The translations under genes and the position numbers were made by a program. The notes below the pieces were generated by a model that had not been told where the DNA came from, did not search any database, and was given only the letters and a program-made list of their open reading frames with translations. Shown in pieces: positions 1 through 8,660 of a stretch of DNA of 64,000 nt (positions are counted from its first letter, which is position 1; the number at the start of each line of letters is the position of its first letter). This DNA is from Bacteroidota bacterium. Its GTDB lineage: Bacteria; Bacteroidota; Bacteroidia; Chitinophagales; Chitinophagaceae. The stretch is from positions 15,477 through 79,476 of the forward strand of contig JAUZOD010000012.1 in NCBI GenBank assembly GCA_030706635.1, read 5' to 3'.

Positions 1-229
1 GAATGGCATTCTTGGTCTGCTGCTTAAAATCAGGATCTGTTATTAGATCTACGATGGACTCGCAGGCGTTGATCATTTTATCCCTGAAGCCCGAGGGGAC
101 AAAAACAGGCGTTTCCGCTACCCGGAAGTCAATGCTGCCAGGGTATTTTGCATTCAGGTCCCTGAGAAAAGCCTCATATTTTGCTGAACTGAAATCATCG
201 TTGTATGATTTTCGCAAATGGGGGATCAT
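1..229 (-). CDS. hypothetical protein, N-terminal part only (gene runs off the window start)
   Basis: The minus-strand frame is open from the ATG at 227-229 to position 1 (MIPHLRKSYNDDFSSAKYEAFLRDLNAKYPGSIDFRVAETPVFVP...). It starts 18 nt after the stop of the upstream amidotransferase gene. It is absent from the ORF track because it has no stop in the window. No family recognised. Confidence 0.45.
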   Translation of the reverse strand, partial: MIPHLRKSYNDDFSSAKYEAFLRDLNAKYPGSIDFRVAETPVFVPSGFRDKMINACESIVDLITDPDFKQQTKNAI

Positions 230-247
230 GACTCTTTGTTTTTCGGA

Positions 248-1066
248 TCAATCCCTGCCGCGGGCTATATCCAGAAAATTCGGGATTACCTTTGAGTAGG
301 TATTTCTTATTTTATCCGGATCGTTCAAATGCTCGATCATTTGCCTCCATTTTTCTTCGCCATAACCTTCGATCACCGTTTTCTTTTTATCCTCCCGCTG
401 CAGGTACATGCTCATGCCCAGCGGGTCGGCTTCGGGATGGAACTGGGTCCCCAGCATATATTCGTTGAACCGGATGGCCATGATGGCTCTTTCCAAAGGC
501 ACATGCGGCCTTTCCTTTTCGATGGCCAGGATGCTGGCCCCTTTCTTTTTTATATCTGATCGGTCTTCTTTTATCACCTGATAATCGCGGCTGTCCACGG
601 CATAAAATGGATCATTCAAGCCATGAAATACTGACTCTTTTTTCCCTTCGGCCTTCATATGTATGGGGAAAACCCCAAAAGCCGTTGATCGCCTCCGGGT
701 CACTTTGCCGGTTTTGAAAAACCGGCACGCGAGTTGGAATGAATGACAGATAAACAGTACATATTTTTTATCGGATTCATTGGCAATAATATTATGTTTC
801 ACCAATCCATGCATCCAGTCCATGTATTTGTTATCCCAGTTAATGCCTTCACTTTCCAGCGGACTGCCGGGGCCGCCGCTGGATAAGTAAACATCATAGG
901 AAAGGTCAGGCAGTTCCTCCCGTATTCTAACATCAAATACCGTGGAGACTACGGGCAGATCATTCGCCTCGCCATATTCCTGTAAAATTTGTTGCAGGCA
1001 GCGCATGCCTTCGTTAGGACGGCCTTCATAGAGATCAAGGATCGCAACGCGCAGGGGGGTAGTCAT
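248..1066 (-). CDS. class I glutamine amidotransferase-like protein (GuaA-type GATase1 domain only)
   Basis: Track ORF is 248..1108; I take the start at MTTPLRVAILD (ATG 1064-1066). It has the nucleophile-elbow-like LFICHSFQL and the LGTQFHPE motif typical of GATase1. Confidence 0.75.
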   Translation of the reverse strand: MTTPLRVAILDLYEGRPNEGMRCLQQILQEYGEANDLPVVSTVFDVRIREELPDLSYDVYLSSGGPGSPLESEGINWDNKYMDWMHGLVKHNIIANESDKKYVLFICHSFQLACRFFKTGKVTRRRSTAFGVFPIHMKAEGKKESVFHGLNDPFYAVDSRDYQVIKEDRSDIKKKGASILAIEKERPHVPLERAIMAIRFNEYMLGTQFHPEADPLGMSMYLQREDKKKTVIEGYGEEKWRQMIEHLNDPDKIRNTYSKVIPNFLDIARGRD

Positions 1067-1094
1067 ACTGCAAATTAATCTAAAATCAGGTGCC

Positions 1095-2687
1095 ATGTCT
1101 TCATCCAAAAAAAGTTCAGACCGGTTATCAGAAAGATTTCAGCCGCGCATGGAGTTGTCCGGAAGCGCCCGGAAGATCCCGCAGGGAACTAATACCGGCA
1201 ATACGTTGTTCAACGAAGTGATTGAAGTAACGGTCACGCTCCGCAGAAAAACAGCCATTACCAATTATATCAAAGCACTTGGTCGTGGAAAACAAAAGCC
1301 CGTCAGTCGTGAACAGTATAATCGCCGCTTTGGAGCTTCTGCGGAAGATATCCGGCTGGTCAGGGAGTTTGCCCAATACCACAACCTGACGGTGGTCGAG
1401 ACCTCCGCAACAAAAAGAACAGTTATTTTAAAAGGAACTGTGCAGCAATTCAGCAATGCCTTCGGGGTTTATCTGGCCAATTTTGTACCCGAATCGGGAA
1501 TCAGCTACAGGGGAAGAACGGGCCCGATAAAAATCCCGGAATCGTTCCGGGACATCATCACCGGGGTATTCGGATTGGATAATCGCCAGCAGGCAAGGCC
1601 CATGTTCCGGATGTTGCATAAAGAAGGTCATGTGATTAAACCTGCTGATGCAACAGTTTCCTATCATCCCGATGCTGTGGCGAAGGCCTATAAGTATCCC
1701 AAAGATGTAACGGGTGCGGGTGAGTGTATTGGCCTCATCGAACTGGGCGGAGGCTACCGGAGTACGGACCTGCAGGCTTATTTTCAAAAACTCGGTATCC
1801 CCCTTCCTTACGTTACAGCGCAGTCGGTAGATGGCGCACACAATGCACCGTCAACAGCCGATACGGCGGATGGAGAAGTGGCGTTGGATATTGAAGTGGC
1901 GGGTGCCGTGGCACCGGGGGCGAACATTGTGGTATATTTTGCTCCGAATACTGACAAAGGATTTCTGGATGCCATCAGTGCGGCCGTGCACGATGCGGAA
2001 AATAAACCCTCGGTGATTTCCATCAGTTGGGGGGCTGCAGAAAATCAATGGACAGGTCAGGCGATAAACAATTTTAACGAGGTCTTCAAGTCGGCCGCGG
2101 CATTGGGGGTGACCATCGCCGTGGCTGCGGGTGATGGCGGATCCTCCGACAGGCAAACTGATGGGAAGGCACATGTAGATTTTCCTGCCGCCAGCCCTTA
2201 TGCACTTGCCTGTGGTGGAACCAAACTGCTTACAGGTAGTGAAACCGTCTGGAACGATGAAGATGGCTGGGCAACCGGCGGTGGTATCAGCGATGTGTTT
2301 CCTGTTCCTGATTACCAGAAGGCCATGGCTCTTCCGGCTTCAGTAAATTCCAAACAGCGAAAGGGCAGGGGCGTTCCCGATATTGCGGCCAATGCAGATT
2401 CTGCAACAGGATATAATATTCTGGTGGACGGACAATGGACCGTTATCGGGGGAACCAGCGCCGTTGCTCCGCTGATATCGGGTTTGATTGCCCTGGCCAA
2501 TCAAAAATTAAAAAAAAGCGTGGGGTTTATTCATCCGAAGATTTACGCTGCAAGTGCCGCCGTGTTCAAAGACATCACCCAGGGGAATAACATCACTGCA
2601 ACCATTGGCGGCTACACAGCAGCCAATGGCTGGGATGCATGCACGGGACTCGGAGTGCCGTGGGGGAGTGTGGTGGAGGTGCTGTAG
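1095..2687 (+). CDS. S53 family serine peptidase (sedolisin/kumamolisin-like) with pro-domain
   Basis: 530-aa ORF with an N-terminal pro-kumamolisin-like region followed by a catalytic domain. Motifs are GEVALDIE and the catalytic-Ser motif GGTSAVAPLISGLIAL. The N-terminus is hydrophilic with no obvious signal peptide. Confidence 0.85.
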   Translation: MSSSKKSSDRLSERFQPRMELSGSARKIPQGTNTGNTLFNEVIEVTVTLRRKTAITNYIKALGRGKQKPVSREQYNRRFGASAEDIRLVREFAQYHNLTVVETSATKRTVILKGTVQQFSNAFGVYLANFVPESGISYRGRTGPIKIPESFRDIITGVFGLDNRQQARPMFRMLHKEGHVIKPADATVSYHPDAVAKAYKYPKDVTGAGECIGLIELGGGYRSTDLQAYFQKLGIPLPYVTAQSVDGAHNAPSTADTADGEVALDIEVAGAVAPGANIVVYFAPNTDKGFLDAISAAVHDAENKPSVISISWGAAENQWTGQAINNFNEVFKSAAALGVTIAVAAGDGGSSDRQTDGKAHVDFPAASPYALACGGTKLLTGSETVWNDEDGWATGGGISDVFPVPDYQKAMALPASVNSKQRKGRGVPDIAANADSATGYNILVDGQWTVIGGTSAVAPLISGLIALANQKLKKSVGFIHPKIYAASAAVFKDITQGNNITATIGGYTAANGWDACTGLGVPWGSVVEVL

Positions 2688-2814
2688 GGTGTAAGATGCA
2701 GATGTGCTGATGTGAAAAAAATGTGCTGATGTGAAAATGTGCTGAGGTGAAAATGTGATGAGGTGGTGACTGCTAAAGCATTTACACATTATCACATTTA
2801 CACATTACCACATC
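2688..2814. repeat. array palindrome, class I (8-nt ATGTG-phase arrays), degenerate copy
   Basis: The left arm (2688-2770) is about 4 copies of ATGTGCTGATGTGAAA with ATGTG every 8 nt. The right arm (2779-2814) is CACATTNN x4. The arms are only partly complementary. The element begins right after the TAG at 2685-2687 and ends inside the minus-strand TGA at 2813-2815. Confidence 0.7.
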
Positions 2815-4060
2815 AATCAAACTTCCTTCCCCGCGTAAACCAAAAGTCCCGGTAGGAAAAAATAAAAGTTGCACCTGCGTAATTTTCCTTTACCAGGTTG
2901 TTTGCGGTGGTTCCGCGGATTCCATATTGCAGGGAAACATTTATGCTCAGGGGACTGTGCTTGGCATTCACACCGAACCCGGCGGTAACGCCCATATCCT
3001 CGATTGGCTTTCCGTTAATTAAAACATAGGATTTGTCATAGTACAGACCCGCCTGGAGGAAACTGGTTTCAAATATGGTATTGTAGGCCGTTTTCTTTTT
3101 GGAAAGTTCAAATCCGATGGAAGCGCGCTGGCTATTCTGATATGTGAAATTACCCGAATTGGAACTATGATCGCCCCAGTTCTGGAAACGGTAATCCGCC
3201 AGGAAAGTATATTTCTTGTTATGGGTCACAGCTATACCGGCGCCATAACTGGGGGGGATGTTAAATTTGCCCACGTTGTCTTTATACCGGATGGCAACGG
3301 AATCAATATTGAGCACCGTGATCTCATGATCGGTATTTAACCAGCCGGGATTGGCGTAAACCAGTCCTACGGAAATATCCCAATGCCTGTTTATGGCAGT
3401 ATAATATTGAAGTCCGTAATCAAAATAAAAATTACTGTAATAAGTATTGTCGTTTTTGGAAATATAAATGCCGCTTCCTGACGGATCCTGGATGATGTTC
3501 TTGGTGTTTATGGATCCAAAAAGATAGGAAGAGGTTACGCCTATCGATAGGTGATTGAAAAATTCATAACTGTTTGCCCAGTACACTTTATTGATTCCGC
3601 CGAATCCCTCATTGTAAGACGGTATGGTCGCGCCCCCATAACCCAGGGGTTTTTGACTGCCGAATTCATAGTTTTCGGTGCTGTAGGGGGCCAGTCCAAC
3701 GGCGCTGCCCCAATGCTTGAAAAGTTTGGTGCCGAGGGTAAATCGCTTAAACGTAATATCGCTCGATGTGCTGTTGGTTGTGCTTACAGGATCGCCGGAA
3801 TAACTGATGAACTTTCCGGTGACTCCGATTTCGCCGGCGAAGAACTGATTATCCAAAGCGGAAAGGGAAGCCGGGTTATTCGCGATTACATACCGGTTGT
3901 TTCGGTAAGCAATTCCGGTTGATGACATGCCCGTGGTGCGGTTTACAAAACCATCCTCAAGATCTCCGATCCCGAGCAGCGAATAGGGGGAATTATTATT
4001 CTGCGCGCGCAGATCAAACAGCAGCAGCATGGAAAATAATATGGTCAAAAATAATTTCAT
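2813..4060 (-). CDS. outer-membrane beta-barrel protein of unknown function (FadL/PorV-like appearance)
   Basis: Track ORF is 2813..4105; I take the start at MKLFLTILFSMLLLFDLRAQ, which is a signal peptide. The N-terminus carries SPYSLLGIGDL. The sequence is Gly/Tyr/Ser-rich with alternating beta-strand patterns and an aromatic C-terminus. It is paired with the upstream DUF4270 gene. Confidence 0.7.
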   Translation of the reverse strand: MKLFLTILFSMLLLFDLRAQNNNSPYSLLGIGDLEDGFVNRTTGMSSTGIAYRNNRYVIANNPASLSALDNQFFAGEIGVTGKFISYSGDPVSTTNSTSSDITFKRFTLGTKLFKHWGSAVGLAPYSTENYEFGSQKPLGYGGATIPSYNEGFGGINKVYWANSYEFFNHLSIGVTSSYLFGSINTKNIIQDPSGSGIYISKNDNTYYSNFYFDYGLQYYTAINRHWDISVGLVYANPGWLNTDHEITVLNIDSVAIRYKDNVGKFNIPPSYGAGIAVTHNKKYTFLADYRFQNWGDHSSNSGNFTYQNSQRASIGFELSKKKTAYNTIFETSFLQAGLYYDKSYVLINGKPIEDMGVTAGFGVNAKHSPLSINVSLQYGIRGTTANNLVKENYAGATFIFSYRDFWFTRGRKFD

Positions 4061-4088
4061 GAAAGGAAAACCGTTCGGTTTGAACATA

Positions 4089-5441
4089 TTAATAATATGA
4101 GGCATAAAAGATTCTCAGGGAAATCTGATTTACTTTAAACGGATTAAACTGATCGCCCACCACCAGCCTGTTGAAGCTGGTATTATAAGCCGGTGCAGGA
4201 ACCGTTAAAAATAAACCGTTCTGTCTATTGTCTTCCACCCCGAGAAGAATTTTCTGCTGGATATAACTGGTAATATCGTAAGAATAGGATGTATTGGCCC
4301 CGTACAAATAGTCAACATTCAGGTTTCCCGTACCTGCGGATAAAGTACTCCCCATGGTGTTGGCCTGTGTGCTCATTGCTAAATTGATCTGTGGAGGCAG
4401 GGCAAGGAGCGGACTGTAAGTTCCATCTACCGCCTTTATTACCAGTTGCGCTTTCAGCACGCTCAGGTAATCCTGATATTGCAGGAGCCTGTTGATGGTC
4501 GGGAACAACAGCTTTACATAGAGGCTGGTGCTGGGTTGCAGGAAGGCCATGTTGCCGGTAGCCGCGGAAGGAATTTCATTATTTTGCTGACCTATGTTCT
4601 GAATCGAAGTCCCCGTTCTGTTGTAAGAAATCTGATTGAACTGATTACTCTTATTGACATAGGGGAAATCAATAAACTTGAGCTGTTGAACCACGCCGGG
4701 CTCATGATAATATAAGCGGACAAACATGGAATCCTTGAAGCCATAAGCTGCTCCGGGTTTGCTGAGATCCGGATAGATGGTGAGCCCTTTGAAATAGCCT
4801 CGGAAGGTCTGTTTATTTTTGACCGTATCCGAGTGATTGTACAGGAGCTTAAAAAAATCCCGTCCCAGTGCATCCGGAAGATTGATTTTGATTGAATCTC
4901 CGGTCTTCTGTGAAGTATATCCGGCCGTAGGATTGATCTGCACGTCTGCCGATCCAAGGATATTGGGGTCGTAAGGGATGGAATCCTTGTTATAAAATGC
5001 GGCTTGCAGGTAAGGATAATCCAGTAAACCGGTTAGCTGGCTGACCAGGTAGCGCTGGACCTTGGTTGTATCTCCGTAAAAGGTCTTCGAGATCCGGAAA
5101 ATGAGCTGGATCGAATCATAGGTGGAAAGATTGGTTAAGGTCGGAAGCAGGGCCGGATAAGTGATTTCCGAAAAACTTCTGGAGGAAATAGTTCCCAGAT
5201 AAGGGTCCTGATATTCTCCGATCAGCATGGTGCCCGTTCCGGAGGTAGGAAAGGAATCCAGGAAAACAGTGGAAACTTTTATTTCGAAGGTATCCACCAC
5301 CACCACATTGGTACTGTTGTCGCTGCCAAAGTTGCTATCAAAATTAATGGCGGGTTTAGTACAGGAGAACGCCCCCGGTATTAAAAGAAAAGCTAACAGA
5401 TATAAATATAAATGATGTCTGAAAAAACTTTTCCTTGTCAT
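4089..5441 (-). CDS. DUF4270 family lipoprotein
   Basis: 450 aa. Lipoprotein signal LLIPGAFSC. The sequence resembles DUF4270 proteins as I remember them (VVDTF...VFLDSFPTSGTGTMLIGEYQDPYLG). Confidence 0.7.
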   Translation of the reverse strand: MTRKSFFRHHLYLYLLAFLLIPGAFSCTKPAINFDSNFGSDNSTNVVVVDTFEIKVSTVFLDSFPTSGTGTMLIGEYQDPYLGTISSRSFSEITYPALLPTLTNLSTYDSIQLIFRISKTFYGDTTKVQRYLVSQLTGLLDYPYLQAAFYNKDSIPYDPNILGSADVQINPTAGYTSQKTGDSIKINLPDALGRDFFKLLYNHSDTVKNKQTFRGYFKGLTIYPDLSKPGAAYGFKDSMFVRLYYHEPGVVQQLKFIDFPYVNKSNQFNQISYNRTGTSIQNIGQQNNEIPSAATGNMAFLQPSTSLYVKLLFPTINRLLQYQDYLSVLKAQLVIKAVDGTYSPLLALPPQINLAMSTQANTMGSTLSAGTGNLNVDYLYGANTSYSYDITSYIQQKILLGVEDNRQNGLFLTVPAPAYNTSFNRLVVGDQFNPFKVNQISLRIFYASYY

Positions 5442-5505
5442 GCTGTGGTTATCTGCTGATTAGGGATCCGGCCAGGAACGTAATGGATGAATGCTGGTGA
5501 AAAGG

Positions 5506-5536
5506 CAAAAGTATGTTTTTTGAGTTCGATTAACAA
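5506..5536 (-). promoter_or_regulatory. putative Bacteroidota sigma-A promoter for the DUF4270/beta-barrel operon
   Basis: On the minus strand, TACTTTTG (5506-5513) is an exact TAnnTTTG -7 box. A TTG (5534-5536) lies 20 nt upstream, and the box is about 65 nt from the ATG. Confidence 0.4.
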
Positions 5537-5655
5537 TTGAACGGGTTCGCGTTATTTGATAAATTTTTGTGAAATCCCCTGAATTGTCCGTATTTCGCGC
5601 TGCAAATAAAATACTTTTATCGCAACAAAACACAGTATCTATTTAATTCACCAAT

Positions 5656-6684
5656 ATGAAGCGGATCTATTTCCAAGGACTTTCTGCTCTTGTTTTATTC
5701 ACTTTGTTTTCTTGCCATAGTAATACCATTCCCTACACGCAGAATGGGAACTGGGTGACCAGATCCCAACTGAACGGTCCGGCCCGGAGTGAAGCCGTGG
5801 GATTTACGATTGCGGATACTGCTTACCTCGGAACAGGCTGGGATGGACTGAATATCCGGTATCGTGATTTTTGGAAATATGATGCCATAAACGATGTCTG
5901 GTCACAGGTTGCCAGTATGGACCCCGGTACAGAAAGAAGTTCTGCCGTTGCTTTCACCGCTGCAGGTAAGGGATACGTGGGAACGGGTTATGACGGATTT
6001 AATTACCTGACTGACTTTTATGAATATGACCCTGCTGTAAACGAATGGACCAGGAAATCAGATTTTGTGGGTGGCCCCCGGTATGAAGCGGTCGGATTTG
6101 GAATTGGAAACTACGGGTACCTCGGCACCGGTTTTGACGGGAGCAATGCACTGAAGGATTTCTACCGTTACGATCCGCTATCCGATACCTGGCTGGACGT
6201 TGGTTTTAGCGGAAATAAAAGATATGGAGCTGCTACTTTTATTTATAATAATAAGGCCTATCTCTTAACCGGTATTAACAGCGGAACACCGGTCACGGAT
6301 TTCTGGGTGTATGACCCGTCTCTGACTTCTGCCAATTGGGTGGAACTTCGCCACCTTACCAATTACAGCAGTGATTCCTATGATGATGGCTATGTTAATA
6401 TCGTAAGAAACAACGCATCTACTTTTGTCATTGGCAACAAGGGATATATCAGCTGTGGCGAAAACGGGGTTGCGCTTACCTATACCTGGGAATACGATTT
6501 TGTTTCGGATCTGTGGACACCCAAATCGAATTTTGAAGGTCCTTCAACAACCGGGGCGGTCGGCTTTAATGTACATGACCGGGGGTATATTGCCACCGGC
6601 AGAAGCGGACCCGGCCAAGCGGCTGCCTCAGATTTCCTCCGTGAATTCCAGCCCAATGTGGTGTTGAATCCAAATGATAATTAG
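5656..6684 (+). CDS. Kelch-repeat lipoprotein
   Basis: Lipobox LFSCHS. It contains repeated GTG(Y/F)DG...DF(W/Y)xYDP Kelch-like blades. Confidence 0.8.
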   Translation: MKRIYFQGLSALVLFTLFSCHSNTIPYTQNGNWVTRSQLNGPARSEAVGFTIADTAYLGTGWDGLNIRYRDFWKYDAINDVWSQVASMDPGTERSSAVAFTAAGKGYVGTGYDGFNYLTDFYEYDPAVNEWTRKSDFVGGPRYEAVGFGIGNYGYLGTGFDGSNALKDFYRYDPLSDTWLDVGFSGNKRYGAATFIYNNKAYLLTGINSGTPVTDFWVYDPSLTSANWVELRHLTNYSSDSYDDGYVNIVRNNASTFVIGNKGYISCGENGVALTYTWEYDFVSDLWTPKSNFEGPSTTGAVGFNVHDRGYIATGRSGPGQAAASDFLREFQPNVVLNPNDN

Positions 6685-7024
6685 GAAGAAGAAATATTTT
6701 ATATTGACCGTCACCGCGTTGCTGATCTGCAGCGCGGTGATTTTTTTTGTACGGCATGAACGATCGGGCAAAAGGGATCATGAAGGCCAGATATTCCTCA
6801 AGGCTGTTCCGGTTCAGACCACTTATGGATGGGGCTATAATATCATGGCCGGCAATAAAATTTATATTCATCAGGATTATATTCCGGCCGTCGCAGGAAA
6901 ACAAGGGTTTAAGACCCGGGAAGATGCATTGCGGGTCGCGAACCGGGTCATAGAAAAGATCAGTGCCAATCAGTTGCCGGTAATTACCGTGAAAGACCTG
7001 GAAGAGTTAGGGATAATGAAATAA
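6674..7024 (+). CDS. DUF4907-like small membrane-anchored protein
   Basis: 116 aa with an N-terminal TM segment. The motif YGWGYNIMAGNKIYIHQDYIPAVAGKQGFKTREDA matches my recollection of DUF4907. It overlaps the Kelch gene by 11 nt. Confidence 0.55.
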   Translation: MIIRKKKYFILTVTALLICSAVIFFVRHERSGKRDHEGQIFLKAVPVQTTYGWGYNIMAGNKIYIHQDYIPAVAGKQGFKTREDALRVANRVIEKISANQLPVITVKDLEELGIMK

Positions 7025-7046
7025 TAATGGAAAGAAATGCAAATAG

Positions 7047-7082
7047 AAAAGCCGTTCCGGTTATACTGGAACGGCTTTTTCA
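7047..7082 (+). terminator. rho-independent terminator
   Basis: A 12-bp stem aaaagccgttcc / ggaacggctttt with a 9-nt loop, followed by a T-run. Confidence 0.75.
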
Positions 7083-7139
7083 ATTCGTTAAACCGGGTAG
7101 TCAGAATGTAAACGTTTTCATGATGGTAAAGGATTGAAG

Positions 7140-7470
7140 ATTCCGGTTTTTTACGATACTGGTTTTCTGGTTTTCATGAGGATGGATCTGCTAATGGTCT
7201 CGGCTTTCAAAGGATCGGTCGGATTGGTTTTTCGGATGTTTGGATCTGCTTTCTCAGGACTTGGTTTCTGGTTTTTTTCGGATTGGATCGGTTTCGGTTT
7301 TCTTAGGATTCGGTTTGGTTTTTCGGATGTTTGGATTTGCTTTCTCAGGACTTGGTTTCTGGTTTTTTTTCGGATTGGATTTGGTTTCGGTTTTCTTAGG
7401 ATCGGGGTTGGTTTTTCAGGATTCAGGATTTTTCTTCGGTCAGGGTTTAGCGGTTTATTTCGTTTAGATA
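7140..7470. repeat. T/G-rich tandem repeat, about 92-bp unit, roughly 2.5 good copies plus degenerate flank
   Basis: The units at 7225-7315 (91 nt) and 7316-7408 (93 nt) differ by only a few substitutions and indels. There is a partial third copy to about 7470 and a weaker copy at 7140-7224. The + strand has almost no A or C. Confidence 0.85.
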
Positions 7471-7590
7471 TTTTCGACGCGTTGACAATACAAAGATGCT
7501 CCGGATTCCCAGCTTTTAAGAACTTATTCGATTAAGGAGATCAATCCTTCGATTTTCGGGGCGAAATTGACGATTAATCAAAAATCCCCA

Positions 7591-7620
7591 TTGCCGATTC
7601 CTCATTCCTCAATACTTTTG
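7591..7620 (+). promoter_or_regulatory. putative promoter of pdhB
   Basis: TTG at 7591-7593, a 19-nt spacer, then TACTTTTG at 7613-7620 (exact TAnnTTTG). The ATG is at 7644. Confidence 0.5.
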
Positions 7621-7643
7621 CCCCTCCTTAATTTACCTAATAA

Positions 7644-8630
7644 ATGAGACAGATTGCATTCCGGGAAGCCTTGCGTGAAGCCATGACAGAAGAGATGCGG
7701 CGTGATGACCGCGTTTTTCTGATGGGGGAGGAAGTGGCTGAGTACAATGGCGCTTATAAAGTGAGTCAGGGCATGCTGGATGAATTCGGTCCTAAAAGGG
7801 TCATTGATACGCCCATCTCGGAGCTTGGTTTTACGGCCATTGGCGTGGGCGCGGCCCAAAACGGCCTTCGTCCGATATTGGAATTTATGACCTGGAACTT
7901 CGCCACCCTGGCGCTGGACCAGATCCTGAATACAGCATCGAAAATGCTGGCCATGAGCGGCGGACAGGTTGGCTGTCCGATCGTTTTCCGCGGACCCAAC
8001 GGATCAGCCGGGCAGCTTGGCGCCCAGCATTCCACCGCATTTGAAAGTTATTATGCCAATATTCCGGGTATTAAGGTAGTTTCTCCAAGCAATGGCTATG
8101 ATGCCAAGGGGCTGCTTAAACAGGCCATCCGCTATGAAGAAGATCCGGTGATCTTTATGGAGAGTGAAGTAATGTATGGGGACAAATCAGAAATACCCGA
8201 AGAAGAATATTATATCGAGCTCGGCAAAGCGTCAGTCAAAAAACAGGGGACCGATGTGACCATAGTTTCCTACAATAAGATGGTGAAGATTGCCCTTAGC
8301 GCAGCTGCCGAACTGGAAAAAGAAAATATCAGCGCTGAGGTCATTGATCTTCGTACAATTCGCCCGCTCGACTGGCTCACGATCCTGGAGAGCGTTAAGA
8401 AAACCAACCGCCTGGTGATCGTCGAGGAACAGTGGCCTTTTGCTTCCATTTCCTCTGAGATTGCCTACACCATTCAGAAAGAAGGCTTCGATTACCTGGA
8501 TGCCCCGATCCGCCGGATCACGGCTGCAGATGCACCGCTTCATTATGCTGCCAACCTGGTTGCGGCCGCCATGCCGTCTGTGGAAAAAACGGTGAAGATG
8601 GTAAAGGAAGTGATGTATCTGAAGAAATAA
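7644..8630 (+). CDS. pdhB: pyruvate/2-oxoacid dehydrogenase E1 component beta subunit
   Basis: 328 aa. It is clearly a transketolase-like pyrimidine-binding plus C-terminal domain protein (MREAMTEEMRRDDRVFLMGEEVAEYNGAYKVSQG...). Confidence 0.9.
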   Translation: MRQIAFREALREAMTEEMRRDDRVFLMGEEVAEYNGAYKVSQGMLDEFGPKRVIDTPISELGFTAIGVGAAQNGLRPILEFMTWNFATLALDQILNTASKMLAMSGGQVGCPIVFRGPNGSAGQLGAQHSTAFESYYANIPGIKVVSPSNGYDAKGLLKQAIRYEEDPVIFMESEVMYGDKSEIPEEEYYIELGKASVKKQGTDVTIVSYNKMVKIALSAAAELEKENISAEVIDLRTIRPLDWLTILESVKKTNRLVIVEEQWPFASISSEIAYTIQKEGFDYLDAPIRRITAADAPLHYAANLVAAAMPSVEKTVKMVKEVMYLKK

Positions 8631-8660
8631 AAGCCTCTACTAAAAGTGCCCGATAAAAAG

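Noticed and set aside
3-299. 98-aa + strand ORF at the window start
   Set aside because: It lies antisense to a better minus-strand reading frame (1-229) that is positioned right after the amidotransferase stop. It also overlaps the 3' end of that amidotransferase gene. The sequence is not protein-like.
7134-7535. G/F-rich + strand ORFs (133 aa and 75 aa), and a stop-free, roughly 130-codon K/P/N-rich frame on the minus strand, across the tandem repeat
   Set aside because: The strand composition (almost no A on the + strand, almost no T on the minus strand) removes stop codons by itself. The repeat units are 91 and 93 nt, so copies are read in different frames. The minus frame has no ATG/GTG/TTG start until its last 8 codons.
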